Part shown: piece after piece, positions 48,217 to 59,860 of the stretch | Layout: the number at the start of each line of letters is the position of its first letter | How positions within the stretch are numbered: the first letter of the stretch is position 1 | Origin: Massalongia carnosa | Lineage: Eukaryota | Assembly: GCA_965645245.1 (NCBI GenBank) | Contig: OZ287070.1 | Location: forward strand, 1,240,001-1,304,000 | Direction of reading: 5' to 3' | Length of the DNA stretch: 64,000 nucleotides | The notes under the pieces: model-generated | The model's input: only the letters and a program-made list of their open reading frames with translations | Told to the model about the DNA's origin: nothing | Database searches by the model: none | Position numbers and translations under genes: made by a program

Positions 48217-48898
48217 TTGCCTCAGTACCTCAGACGTGCCCGGCTAAGCCCCTTCGGGTTAGCCTTACAGAACGTTAAGCCCCTTCGGGTTAACAGGCTG
48301 ACTACGCAGCACATCTGTAGCAAGTCTGAGCCCAAAACTCAAGATTACGGTCAGATATGGCTTAACGATCATGACAAGAACGATTTCGACCTTATAGTAC
48401 AACGTCACAACTTCATTGTTTTCATGTTTGTACGTCATCGTCGCTTGATATGATCATGATCAATGTATTTTTGATTTTTTCGTTATAAATTTCAATCTTT
48501 ATTTATGTTTATAACGTGCAGAGCAATTTTACATACATCTTGTTATTTTCGTTAAGTCGATTCTCGATTTTTATGCGAAGTGCAATCAGATTGCCCCCAC
48601 ATGAACTTTACAACGAATAGGAATTTCAGAAAACCTTCTATACAAATTCTACTTGAATTCTTTCGAAGAAATAGCCCGTGTCAAATGAAAAAGCAAGACG
48701 TCAAAATGTCGAAAAATCGCAATAATACACGATGTATTACGAATATCTGACCGTAATATTTAGTTTTGCGCTCAGACGTGCTATCGCAGCCACGTTAGTC
48801 AGCTGGGACGCTAATCCGAAGGAGCTTAGCTAAATAGGCTAACCCGGAGGGGCTTAGACGGCTCCTAGAACCCACGCACGTCTGAGGTACTGAGGCAA
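48217..48898. mobile_element. 682-bp non-autonomous TIR element nested in the hAT 5' region
   Basis: 23-bp perfect TIR extending to about 140 bp of imperfect inverted repeat; 8-bp TSD ACAATTAG; AT-rich non-coding core. Confidence 0.92.
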
Positions 48899-48978
48899 AC
48901 AATTAGTAGAATATCGGAGTACCTCGATTTACTAGGTAATTGCACTTATAATCAGGAATCTTTCTATTATCATCTATT

Positions 48979-51900
48979 ATGTCTCAACGAGGTGGACGTC
49001 AGAAAAATCACCTGGTAGATGAGAATTTCAAGGATATCATTACTGAGGGCTTAAAAAATCCTCAACATCAATGCATTCATTGCGGTCATCAATCAACCAG
49101 AAATGCTGCTAGGGGACAACAGAATCTAAATCAATGTGATGCCTATCAAAAAGAGAAAGCTAGAAAACAGAAGGGTATTCTCAGTAATGCCTCTATTCAA
49201 CTGCCCATCACTACGTTGATTCGTCCGCTTAATCAAGCCCAAATTGCATCAGCACATCGAGCAGCTGCGATGTCTGTCCATATGACAAATCTGCCATTGA
49301 ACCACTTCGAAAATCCGTACGTTATTGCTCATCATTAGGCACTTAATCCGGGCTATAAACCTCCTCATTCTGGCCTTGTTGCTGGCAAGCTGTTGGACGA
49401 AATCTATGGCATCGTTAAATCGAAAGTTATCAAGGAATTGTATGCTTCTAATTACCTGAACTTCTTCACTGACGAGACAGCCAACATTCGAAAAGAACGT
49501 GTTATAAATCTCTGTTGTCATGTTCCCCCGTCCGCCACCTCCAATGGAGGAGGATTTCAATTGAAAGCTGATGCTGGTGTTGCCGAGAAGATGAGTGCTG
49601 TCGTTCAAGCTCAATGGGTGATAAAAGGTTGTAGGGAAGCAACCAACGATCAGCTTTGGAGAATCAATTGCATTGCCACTGATACGTGTGCAACCATGAA
49701 GGCTATGTAGACGGAGATAGCAAAATTTCCAGAGATGAAACACGTGTTTTTCGTTCCCTGCGACAGTCATGGTCTGCAATTGCTGATGGGAGACATACTG
49801 AAATTTCCATTCTTTTCGGAGGTTATAGAAAAGGCACAATTGATAGTAACCAGCTTTCGGGGGTCGAATAAGGAAATGTCCATTTTAAGGGGTTATCAAA
49901 TGAAGGTATGCCAAATTCTTGAATTATTAAACTTTCTGATGACCAACCTTTCTGATGATCAAACTTCTAGGCCTATCAACAACGTCGTTCATTGATTCTT
50001 AACGTTCTTACCAGATAGGGAACGACGATAGGCTTATTAAACTCAGTCCTCAGGAATCAGCAGGCCTTATTGGATTATTTTCAACAAAAGAATCCCGGCA
50101 TTGATCAGGGAAGAAAGAATTCTTTGAGAAGCTTCGTCAATGACTTTTCTTTTTAGAAAAAGCTGACCATTGTCAAGAAAGTGATGGATCCTATACATCA
50201 GTTTCAATTCTTGTCCGAGGCCGAAGAGCATAAACTTTATACCATAGCCAACACCTGGAATAAGATTCGATCTCATCTATATTCAATGGCTGCCAATGAA
50301 GACGACGAGACGGATTTGAATCACATTGCTCAGGTGATTTGGGAAGACAGATATCTCAGTCAGATTACTGAGCTTCATGTGGTAGCAGCTCTTTTGCTTC
50401 CTCAGAATCATGCTATAAAGGTGATTGGCGTATCTACGGAGCCGACATTTGCTCCGCTAATACATAGATTTTTCAATCAACATCTGACTAGTGCAGAGGC
50501 AGCTACTGCCATGAAGCAATGGCTCGCATTTCGCGATCAATGTAATGGGCTACGAGACCAGTAAGCTTATCACGAGCGACACTGATCTCGAAAGGGGAAA
50601 TGCTCAGCGTGAGAGGAGGAAGATAGCTACTACGTGCTAGTCTCCGAGAGTATATGTGATCCAAAGAACTAATGGATGTGGAAGTGCTTGGACCAAGAGA
50701 TCTCGTCCGAGACCCAAACGTAGGTTGTTCATAGAATAAAGACTAATTGCTAACGAATACTACAAGATTCGTTCTGATATTTATCCTACTCACCCCAAGC
50801 CTATAGCCTTGGGAGCCTTGGAACCTTAGGAGCCTTGCAAGCCTTGGGAGCCTTGCGAGCATTACAGCCTTGTAATCCACATCCGACTTTATCGCATTAC
50901 ATCCAACCATCCCTCAGGATCCATCCACGAACTCGCGTTCGCTGGATCATCTAGTCAGCCTCGAGCAGCCTTCTAGATCTTCCCTTGCAAGGTAGAACCA
51001 TTCTACCCCCGGCTAGATCCCTCACTACATGCCTCAGGCTATGTAGCTTCATTTCGCCGTCACCACTACCTAGTGATGGAAGGTTACCTCCGACTGAATA
51101 CCTCGCTACACTGCGGACCTGCCTCTAGACATAAGGTCTAGACAACGAGGTCATATAGGTTCATTCAGCCGACATCACTACCAACGTAGTAATAAAGGTT
51201 GAAGCTGAAGTTTACACCAGGGAGCCTAGCTCAAGCTGCGTCCAGCGAGCCGTGCCTCCTGCTACCTCTCTTGAACCATCAAGAGATCCAGTAGCTCCGA
51301 GTAGGCCAGTAGATCCCATATAGAGTTCCTTGGCGTCTCCACAGGAGTCCGCCTTACACTCCATGGCAATCTACCACCACGGCCTCGACAGGTGTTTGAT
51401 CTGTAAGTAGTCAAGAACGTGATAACAATAACTCCGAAGTTTCGGGGTAAGATGGTAGTGTGTCAGCCTCGACGGCTTATGCGACTTCGTACTACGGCAT
51501 GGTCCACGCTAGTTAATCCCGCAACCGCCATAGGCGATCACGTATCCCTCTAGCGCCATCCGTATTACAATCAAGAAGATGGCTTTCATACAAGCTCCGA
51601 ATGCTGGACGTATCAAATGGATCCGGAGCTGTTTTAGACATTCAGCAGAAATTTTGCATCAACCCTTAGCAGCTTAGCCAGAAAGGTGATGAAACTTCCT
51701 GGTAATTCGGTTTTGGCCGAAAGAAGCTGGTCGGTAATGAATCTGATCATGAATAAAACGCGCAATTCCATGAGCTCGATAAGCGTAGATAAAATCATGT
51801 TTATCTACATGAATGAGCGTACTCTCAACCGACCTGGGGATATCAAAAAGAAGTTACAATTTGCTGGCATCGACATTGACGAAAGCGATCTATGTGAAAT

Positions 51901-52012
51901 AGAAGACAGATTGCTGCAGGATGAAATTGTCATTCAGGAGTCCTTGACGTCATCGAAACATCCGGCCAGTCAAGAAATAGGAGGTGATTCAGCGAGATCA
52001 TGGGTTGAATAA
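48979..52012 (+). pseudogene. hAT transposase (BED-like finger, DUF659-like core, C-terminal dimerisation domain) with premature stops and an LTR insertion
   Basis: CIHC, FTDET, IATDT, VPCDSHGLQL, LTR*GT, NSVLAERSWS...RNSM...FIYMN; several TAG/TGA stops. Confidence 0.88.
50541..51569. mobile_element. 1029-bp LTR-type insertion (long solo LTR or deleted element) in the hAT transposase
   Basis: TGTAAT...ATTACA ends; TSD ATCAA; internal 9-bp tandem GCCTTGGGA repeats near 50806-50860. Confidence 0.85.
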
Positions 52013-52516
52013 GTAGAAATACATACAATTAATTGTATGATGATGACCGGCAAAATTACGTACTTTTTAAGTTTGTTATTTGCTGACTTTTCCCCGCTTT
52101 TCCCCCTTTCCGCACCTCCCTACCTACCCCCTCCTCCCCTGTAAATAATCCATGAAAGTTTCACTCATGAAGATGACAGTAAAAGTTTCGCCCGATCGGG
52201 TTAGGCAAACTTTCAGTGTTCTTTTCAAATCGGAGCCCTACTGGTAAGTCACCTTACCGACTTAGGCGCTAATATATTGCGCCTGCTGGCTAGCAGTACT
52301 GAGTACCGCTGTAGCAATAATCTCGAAAAGCTCAAAGACGTTGCTAAGAAAAAGAAAAACATAATTCAACGAATGAATAATAATGAAGAGATTACTTCAA
52401 AAAGAATACGACGTTTTATCAAAGGATCGATTGCAAACGCTAATTTATTAGAATTGACGCAACGTGATTTGCAAGTTACACATATATCTGCATTAGCTTA
52501 AAGAGCTCGAAAAAAG

Positions 52517-53243
52517 TGTTGAATATCCAATTCCTACCAGCACAATGAACACCTATCAGTACGATGAACATAGCACCTACGTGTCAAGGACTGGGCAGGG
52601 GATTGAACTAATGTTCCTAGGAATTGGATTGGGTGATCAAGATGTCTTTATTAATAAGGCTATAGCTAGGTGATGGATTGCTATACAAGACGTCGGACAA
52701 GGAGTCAACTATCTAATTAACTTGTCCTTCCTTTTATATTTGTCTCGAACCCCTTTGCATGAAGATTCGATCAGTGTTCATCTCCCCCTATTAGGAGACG
52801 TACGGCACGAAGGTTTGACGAGGTGTTTGACGATAAAAGGTGGAGATGAGGTTCTCCTGTCGTTGGTACGCTTTGATGGTGATGGTACAGCTTTGACCTG
52901 AAGCCGTTGAGAGGGGTCTAAACTCGATTTAGTTAATGAGATTCTGACTAAGCTGAATAGAGGAACGAGAGCTTAGTCAGATTCATCTGCGGGATTGATT
53001 CTGGATCGGGTTGGTTCGATTTCATGACACTACGGCTGCCCTAGATGGACAGATCATCTACGGAAACCGTAGATGCCGCATTAGGCTTAGTACCAAGATA
53101 AGATAAGATCACCTCGCTTAGAAGGGGGTGACCAGTAATAGGAAAAGATTGCTGCCTAGCAACTCTTTATCCTTAATATCGCGGTCATATATACCTTTAT
53201 TAATACATAGCAATATAGCTATAGTCATACACCTATTTCAACA
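52517..53243. mobile_element. Copia-like solo LTR family B (TGTTG...CAACA) carrying a nested family-A LTR
   Basis: TSD AAAAG; an uninterrupted inverted copy lies at 59124-59407. Confidence 0.88.
52582..53029. mobile_element. Solo LTR family A (448 bp), inverted relative to 27764-28211
   Basis: TSD CTACG; near-identical reverse complement of the first copy. Confidence 0.92.
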
Positions 53244-53458
53244 AAAAGCTTGCTGATATCGTTGTTCAGAAGAAAGAAATCCTTATCGTTCGAGATATAA
53301 GACATAATTATCTATATTGTATTATAGAAGGGTAAATACGGAAGTAGATCGTCAAAAGCGTGCTAATACGGCTAAACAGAAGAAAATATTTCTCAATGAA
53401 AAAGCGATAGTTAAACGGTTTGGCTTGGTAGATAAAAAGGCCGAAAGCTAGAGAGATA

Positions 53459-53629
53459 TGTGACGAAGCGAGATAGTGAATAGATTTCTACCATTGCGCC
53501 ACCTGTCCTTCCCGACCAAAAGGCACAATACTTAGTCCGCAGACCAAGCTCTATTCTACTATAACTGGGACTCCTGCTATGTTTGCTGTAGGTCCTGCCG
53601 TCCGCACCACGCTTAGTCGAACCGTTACA
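53459..53629 (-). mobile_element. Solo LTR of the TRIM family
   Basis: 171 bp; perfect TSD AGATA. Confidence 0.92.
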
Positions 53630-53710
53630 AGATAAACGTTAGCTATTGATTTTGAATAACTTTATTTTAAAAGGGTCAATCAATAGATATAATAAACAGT
53701 TTAAGAAATA

Positions 53711-53805
53711 CGTCATAGAGATTATAGTATTATAGAGATTATAGCATTATAGAGATGATAGCGTTATAGAGATGATAGCGTCATAGAGATGATAGCGTCA
53801 TAGAG
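53711..53805. repeat. 17-bp tandem repeat (CGTCATAGAGATGATAG), about 5.5 copies
   Basis: Seen directly, with C-to-T and G-to-A variants. Confidence 0.85.
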
Positions 53806-53857
53806 TTGAGCCGCACCAGGACCTACGCTCCGGGCGCGGTCTACTATCAAAGGAGGG

Positions 53858-54339
53858 TGTTACAACCCTAGTATAGATAGGACATCCTACTATGGATCGA
53901 ACAGTTAAAGCGTTCTAGTTTTAGACCCAGCGGAAAGCTCACCGGGCTCACTTGTCAGCAGGGCGAGCTGGAGAGTTCACCGAGCTCACGGGCGAGCAGG
54001 GCGAGCAGAGTGAGCAAGGACTATATAGGTAGCGAAGATTCCCTTATAGAAACTTCGTGTTCAACCTTTCCTACCATCTTAACTTCATAGTTATAATCTA
54101 CTGCATTGACGATTATTCCCATCTATGTGAAGCTATTCCCGTTACACCTGACGAATACTACAGACCGCTCTATATAAGACAAAACACCACTCGCGCCTGA
54201 GGCACCGAAGAAGATGCGTAGCAGAGGGGTTTCCTCGGTCCCACGGTTAGTAGATGCTCGTTTTTTGAATTGTTTAAAGAACTGTTTGAGGAATTGTTTT
54301 TAAGACTGTTTAGAAGACTGTTTTCTAGACGTGATAACA
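53858..54339 (+). mobile_element. LTR preceded by a polypurine tract (3' end of a truncated LTR element)
   Basis: AAAGGAGGG|TGTTAC...ATAACA; internal TATATA; no TSD match. Confidence 0.55.
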
Positions 54340-54849
54340 GGAATAACTACGTTGAAAGTTTATAAAAACAAAAATTAAAAGAATATTATTAATAGTATTA
54401 TCCTATATACTATAAAAGGCGATGTGAAGGAGAGAAGGATTATTAACTACTGCATCGAATTCTGATGTCAGGGGAGGGCTGGAGAGATACAAGACTCTAT
54501 CTTGCAGAACGGATATCTAGATATGCTAAAACTAGAAGTTGAGAATAATACATAAGACGTCGACATCGGGAAATCGGGAGGACTCGCGAATTGGTCAAAT
54601 GGTCGACTAATAGGCTACATTAGTCAATTAGCCGAAATGTTCTAGGTAATGCCGATTGCGCCCACGTTTGACATGGGCGCTTGACGAATAGTCGAACATT
54701 TGACGTGTAAACAGTTGCTCTTTGACTATTGATTACCTTTACCTTTCTTTGTCCAATGATGATAATTGTTATATTGACTCTTTTGTATCATTATAAGCAT
54801 TTGAATCCAATAATTTCATTAATTAACTTTTTGTTTTAGAAACGATTGT

Positions 54850-57300
54850 AACAAATCTTCAAAATACACTGCTTCTGTTTCCTTTTCGAGCGCTTGATGC
54901 TGCAAGATACGACAATAAAGACACACCAGTCAATTATATTATCAAGATTTAGGTAAAATAAATGTTATGTGAGTTCTCCTATATTGTCGTCCTCCCTCGC
55001 AGAGTCTTCATCTGCTTGAGATTGCGCCCAGTGTGTATCATTACTCTATGCACCTGTTCCACCCGATCCAAAAACGAACTATATTCCTCCTCAAAGCTCA
55101 ATGCGGCCTCGGGAAATGTAGGTACAGTATACCAGAACGACTCTCCATCTTTCATTCCCACAGCAGTCTGCCACTCCTTCCACGTTGCATCATACCTCAT
55201 CCGAATCCGCCAGTCTTTCCCCATGCGTAAATCGTAATCTACCGCAAATTCTTGACCCGAATCTGTCATCACGATTGCGTCTTGCACGAGTGGAGTTGGA
55301 GTTGACGATATCTTGTCGTTAATCTGTTTCCAACGCAACTGTTAGACTGACAGATATTCTACAAACAAAGCGAATTCTTACGAAGGATGAACTTGATGCG
55401 CTGTGCTTTAATTGTGAGGGCCCACGTTGCGAAGAATTCTAGTAGAGATGTTAATAGCACGTTAGAACGCGGTTAATAAGATTGCATACCTCGTGGCTCG
55501 TCAACTGCGGCGGTCTAGGTGAAGAGGTTTCCTTCTATTGTTGTTACTGATAATTCCAAAGCATAATATCAATCAAGACATAGCGAAAAACCCGAATCCA
55601 CCTCCTCGTAACGAACGATCGAAGTTCTACACGAAGATGTCAAGGAAGAAAGCCGCGCTGTCGACCTGACCGACTTTGTCATTTCATCTCCTGCATCAAG
55701 ATCTACAAGATCGTCAATAGAAGTGGCAAATGGATTGTGGACAGCTTTTGTGACCGCCGAAAAGTCCCCATCTCTTTGTCTAGTCTGATGCATAACCCGC
55801 CGATGAATGATTCTTTGTAACAACATCTTTCTCTCCGAGGACTGTTGATTCCAGGTGTTCGTCATTCGAGTATGGATTGTTTTCAGTATTAATGCCTCAA
55901 CTCAGCAAAGATTATATTGATACAAACTTACTCTCTCGCTCTGACCCATCAAAAGCCTGTACCTTTTTTTGCCCGTATTCATACTCTCCAATAGCATGTT
56001 GAGTTAGAGTTGCTATCAATACGATCACTTCTCCTCGAAGTGGATTGAACAAATACGCAGTGTCGGTATTGCGTCCATAACTGCAGTCATTGTCGTTATT
56101 GATGAATATCAGAGTAATTGCCTTTATCAAGATAGGCACGATAAACTGCTTTTTCGGAGCCTACTCGCGAGTTAGTTAAACTCTATATCAAGATAACTAG
56201 GACATACTAACCGTTGTTAAATCTTCGCACAGAAAATGAAGATTGTCTAGCAAAGTGGACACGAATATTCGACAGTCGCTCTGAACTGAGAACGGTATTC
56301 GTTAGCCACAAGCAAGCTCACTTTGCTCAACATTTGAGAGCGAAAATCCGTTGTCGAATCATAAATCTAGTCTCAGATTAGTTTTTATATGTACAAATCC
56401 GTTGTAAGACCTCTCCTACCTTGCGAGCCTCTTTGGCGGTGGGAAGTTCTGCTATATCGACGTTCCGGTTGCCAGGAAGGTCACCGAGACGCTTCGCAAG
56501 GTCCCGCCAAGTACGACTCATTAATTTGCTCAATCGAGGCTTCTGTGTGTTCGCCCAAGGCGAACATAATTCAACCGCGTGTCCGGACGTTATCAGAGCG
56601 TTGAAAAAAAGGAATCATGGCATATAGTATTGGTTGATGAGCAGGGCTAGAGTTGAACTTGGTTCGCCTTGATATGTCACCCCAGAGTAAACAATAAGCA
56701 TATATTTTTTTGATTTCGAGACTGTCTCGTCCTCCGTTATGCCAACCCTTGTGCCGAAAGTAGACTTGATCGGGAGGACCTTTGAGATCTCGAGAGTTTG
56801 CGAGGACAGTGTCGCAGGCAAACCCGACGAGTGCGTATTTGTGAAGGTGACAAGATATTATCCAGCGCGCGGGAAGGGTTTCTCGATCAAGACGAAGGGA
56901 ACGTTTCTCTTCGTAAGGAGCTCCTTCGAGATGGAGAACTTGGGCTGTATTGAATACCGCGGCCTGCGCCGGCCGGTAATGTCCTCGCCACATACTTAGT
57001 TATCGGCGTTTTCTGTTCTAGGTCAGAACCCGATACATGCATTCATGACTGTACTGCTTACACTCGGCTGGAAACTCGCATCGCTTGAGTCGTTGCCAGT
57101 ACTAGATTCAGCCAACTCGTCCACACAAGGCAGGCGATGTGAGCGTTTGTTGTCTCCGTAAATGTTATTTCCCTCAAATTGTGCACGAGAGCGTTTTAGT
57201 TGTGCCAATGCAGGCAAGTCTTCCTCGGAAGGCGAATCATCAAAATCCTGGGAGTTCTCGAAGGAAAAGCAAAGTCAGCCGATACGCGTTGGTTTCTATA
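54850..57300 (-). pseudogene. Degenerate multi-exon gene of unknown function inside the TE island
   Basis: Protein-like ORF fragments (57023-57217, 56571-56993, 55912-56139, 55569-55865, 54979-55338) separated by GT...CTAAC...AG introns and stops. Confidence 0.5.
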
Positions 57301-59123
57301 CATCCTGGGGAGGTTTTTACCATTGTAATTCTTTGTGGGTTGTTGATAGTGGTTGTCTTTGATGTTGACATTGTTGAAAAAAAGAAGCAACAAGGAATAT
57401 GCAATACCTGTGGGTTTGGGAAACGAGCAAAGTAGAAGAGATCGACGCGAAAAGTAAAATGAACAAGTTTGCCATTGCAACCAAATCTAGCGTGTTAGGA
57501 TCGTTGACTTTGTTATGATATGCTAACGGTTCCTGTTAGATTAAAACAGCCCCTGTTAGATCAAGAAAACCCTGTTAGATCAAGAAAATCCTGTTAGCTG
57601 TTAGATTAGGATTAGTTGATGTTAGCTTACCGTAGATCATCTCTGTAAAAGGTTCAGTATGTCAAACCTCAAAAGTCTCAAACGATAAAGTCTCCAATGC
57701 CCGTGATCCCGAGTCATATGTAGATAGTTCGTAGTCTTCCAGTAGTTATCGTGAGCGCTGCGACTGTTATTTTGAACGTCGGTATTCACTTAATGTTTCA
57801 TCTATGCAGTAGGTTAACTATTTCATTGAATCGATAATTAGAGTAGTATAGGATGTGACGGACCACAAATGCAACATGACATCCCGTCCAGCGAGGTTCG
57901 AGAGCCCGTCGTTTGCCAGTTTTGCCCCAAAAGACCGCTGTTCTTAATCCCTAACCATAACTCAAGCTTAATCGCTTCGAATTGAGCGTCATCGCACTAC
58001 AGTAAGGAAACTGATTGCCAGCTAACAGGGTTCCTAACACATAGTTACCTCGACCCGTCAGTCTAACACGACCTCACGATAGCTAACAAAACACTTGAAC
58101 TCTGATACAATATACAAAGATAGAGAAAGCAATTAGAACTCCGTTGATCTTCGAGAACTAAATGTGCGTAACTTTATCTTCGATGAGACATGCAAGGTGG
58201 GTTGCGCATTATAAAGATATTTTATACGCAAGATACAAAAACTGTAACGAAGTCAATGTATGACGATGCGACATGTAAAGAGAGCAGCTGTACAACCAAA
58301 ATTACTCTGCAACGGATAAAGAGGACGTAAAGATAGGATAGAGTGGATAATATACGACTGAATTATTAAAAGGTCGAGGTAAAGAGAATAATAAAGCCTA
58401 TCGAGACGAGAAGTAAAGACAGAGCGACGATTATTTGTTGAGATGCAGGTTGCACTGACTAATATGACGAAAAGACGTACAACAGATAAAGGCAACTGAC
58501 TAAAGGTTGACGAATAAAGACTAAAGAAACCACAGAGTCGAATATTTAATCATCAAGATCTATTAGTCATCTCCCGATTTCCCGATATTATAGCCATAGC
58601 TTTCAACTCTCCTATTCTCGACTTGCCCCATCTCTGTTCCTATACTAATTTCCTTAACATGATTGCTTTGACCTATCCAGCCTTTATCTATGCTGAAGCA
58701 CTCTCAGTCATAAGCCTGGATAGTAGAGACGTTGAGATTGGGTACAGATTGTAGGAGATTGATAGTGCGCTGAGGGCGGCAGAAGAACGCCTGAGCACGA
58801 TAGGTAAGGTTTCACAGCAATGGGCCCTGTTAAATACTAACCCGATCAGGACAAGCGGGAGGGTGCGGAGCGACTCCGTAACATCTGATGTGTAGTTTAA
58901 TTCTGTCGCTTATTTCTTTTTTATACCACGCAGTTTCGGGGTTCAAAGTTCGGCACACTATTTTGCAAACGGGTGTAGAACTGCTTCAGCAATTCATACT
59001 AGACTTTTCTAAATGAATAAATCTGAGATTTCTTGGCTAAATAAACTGTTTGATAGAGTCAAACAAAGTGCAAAGTCTTGTACGATTTTTCATTTTATCG
59101 AGCAATGACTATAAGTTATGTTC

Positions 59124-59407
59124 TGTTGAAATAGGTATATGACTATGGCTATATGGCTATGTAATAATAAAGGTATGTATGACCGTGATGTTAAGAATGA
59201 AGAGTTGCTAGGCAGCAATCTTTTCCTATTACTGGTCACCCACTTCTAAGCGAGGTGATCTTATCTTATCTTGGGACTAAGCCTAATGCGGCATCTACGG
59301 TTTCCGTACAACTAGATGATCTGTCCATCTAGGGCAGCCGTAGGTGCTATATTCATTGTACTGATAGTTAGGTGTTCATTGTGCTGGTAGGAATTGGATA
59401 TTCAACA
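59124..59407. mobile_element. Copia-like solo LTR family B at the right edge of the island
   Basis: TGTTGAA...TTCAACA; flanks TGTTC and AGTTC; reverse-complement match to 52517-53243. Confidence 0.88.
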
Positions 59408-59860
59408 AGTTCGTACGGATTATATTATTTGATTGATTGGAATTAGAAGGCAACTCAGAGATTGAATTACTCATTAATAAAAATCGCTCTGTATGTCACA
59501 TTATAAAATTCTATTAGAATAAAATCAGTGTATAAGTTAGCTGCCTCATGAAGTTATACAGTTTCTTATTTTACTTGAGAAGAGTTGTTCAAACTATTAA
59601 ATATTCGGGCGAGATAATGCAATCAGATAGGAAAGATGTTTGCCATACCCCGCCCTCCATAGCAACCTCATCCCGCTTTAAATATCTAGCAGCCGCTGGG
59701 TTCCGAAAATGATATATTCAATGCTAGTGATGTTTGGAGTTCATCATTTCCTTCTTTCTATATCCTTCTTCGTCTCTGCATCGCTGCGGCTACCCAGTAT
59801 TTCTCAGCGACAAACGTCTTGTCCTAGCTCTTTGCGCGTGACTTGAGAAGCTCCGTCATT

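Larger units (their letters stand above)
48096..52240 (+). mobile_element. hAT DNA transposon, full length, transposase inactivated
   Basis: 11-bp TIR TAGGGCTCCGA; 8-bp TSD CTGGTAAG at 48088-48095 and 52241-52248. Confidence 0.93.
52320..53700 (+). pseudogene. pogo/Fot1-type transposase C-terminal relic split by three LTR insertions
   Basis: RIRRFIKGSIANANLLELTQRDLQ...RARK|KLADIVVQKKEILIVR resembles Fot1/Pot2 C-termini; AT-rich and mutated. Confidence 0.55.

Noticed and set aside
27764..53029. Inversion between the inverted family-A LTRs
   Set aside because: The right copy keeps its own TSD (CTACG) on both sides, so flanks were not exchanged.
27634..59407. Starship giant transposon
   Set aside because: No tyrosine-recombinase (DUF3435) captain gene recognised at either end and no intact cargo.
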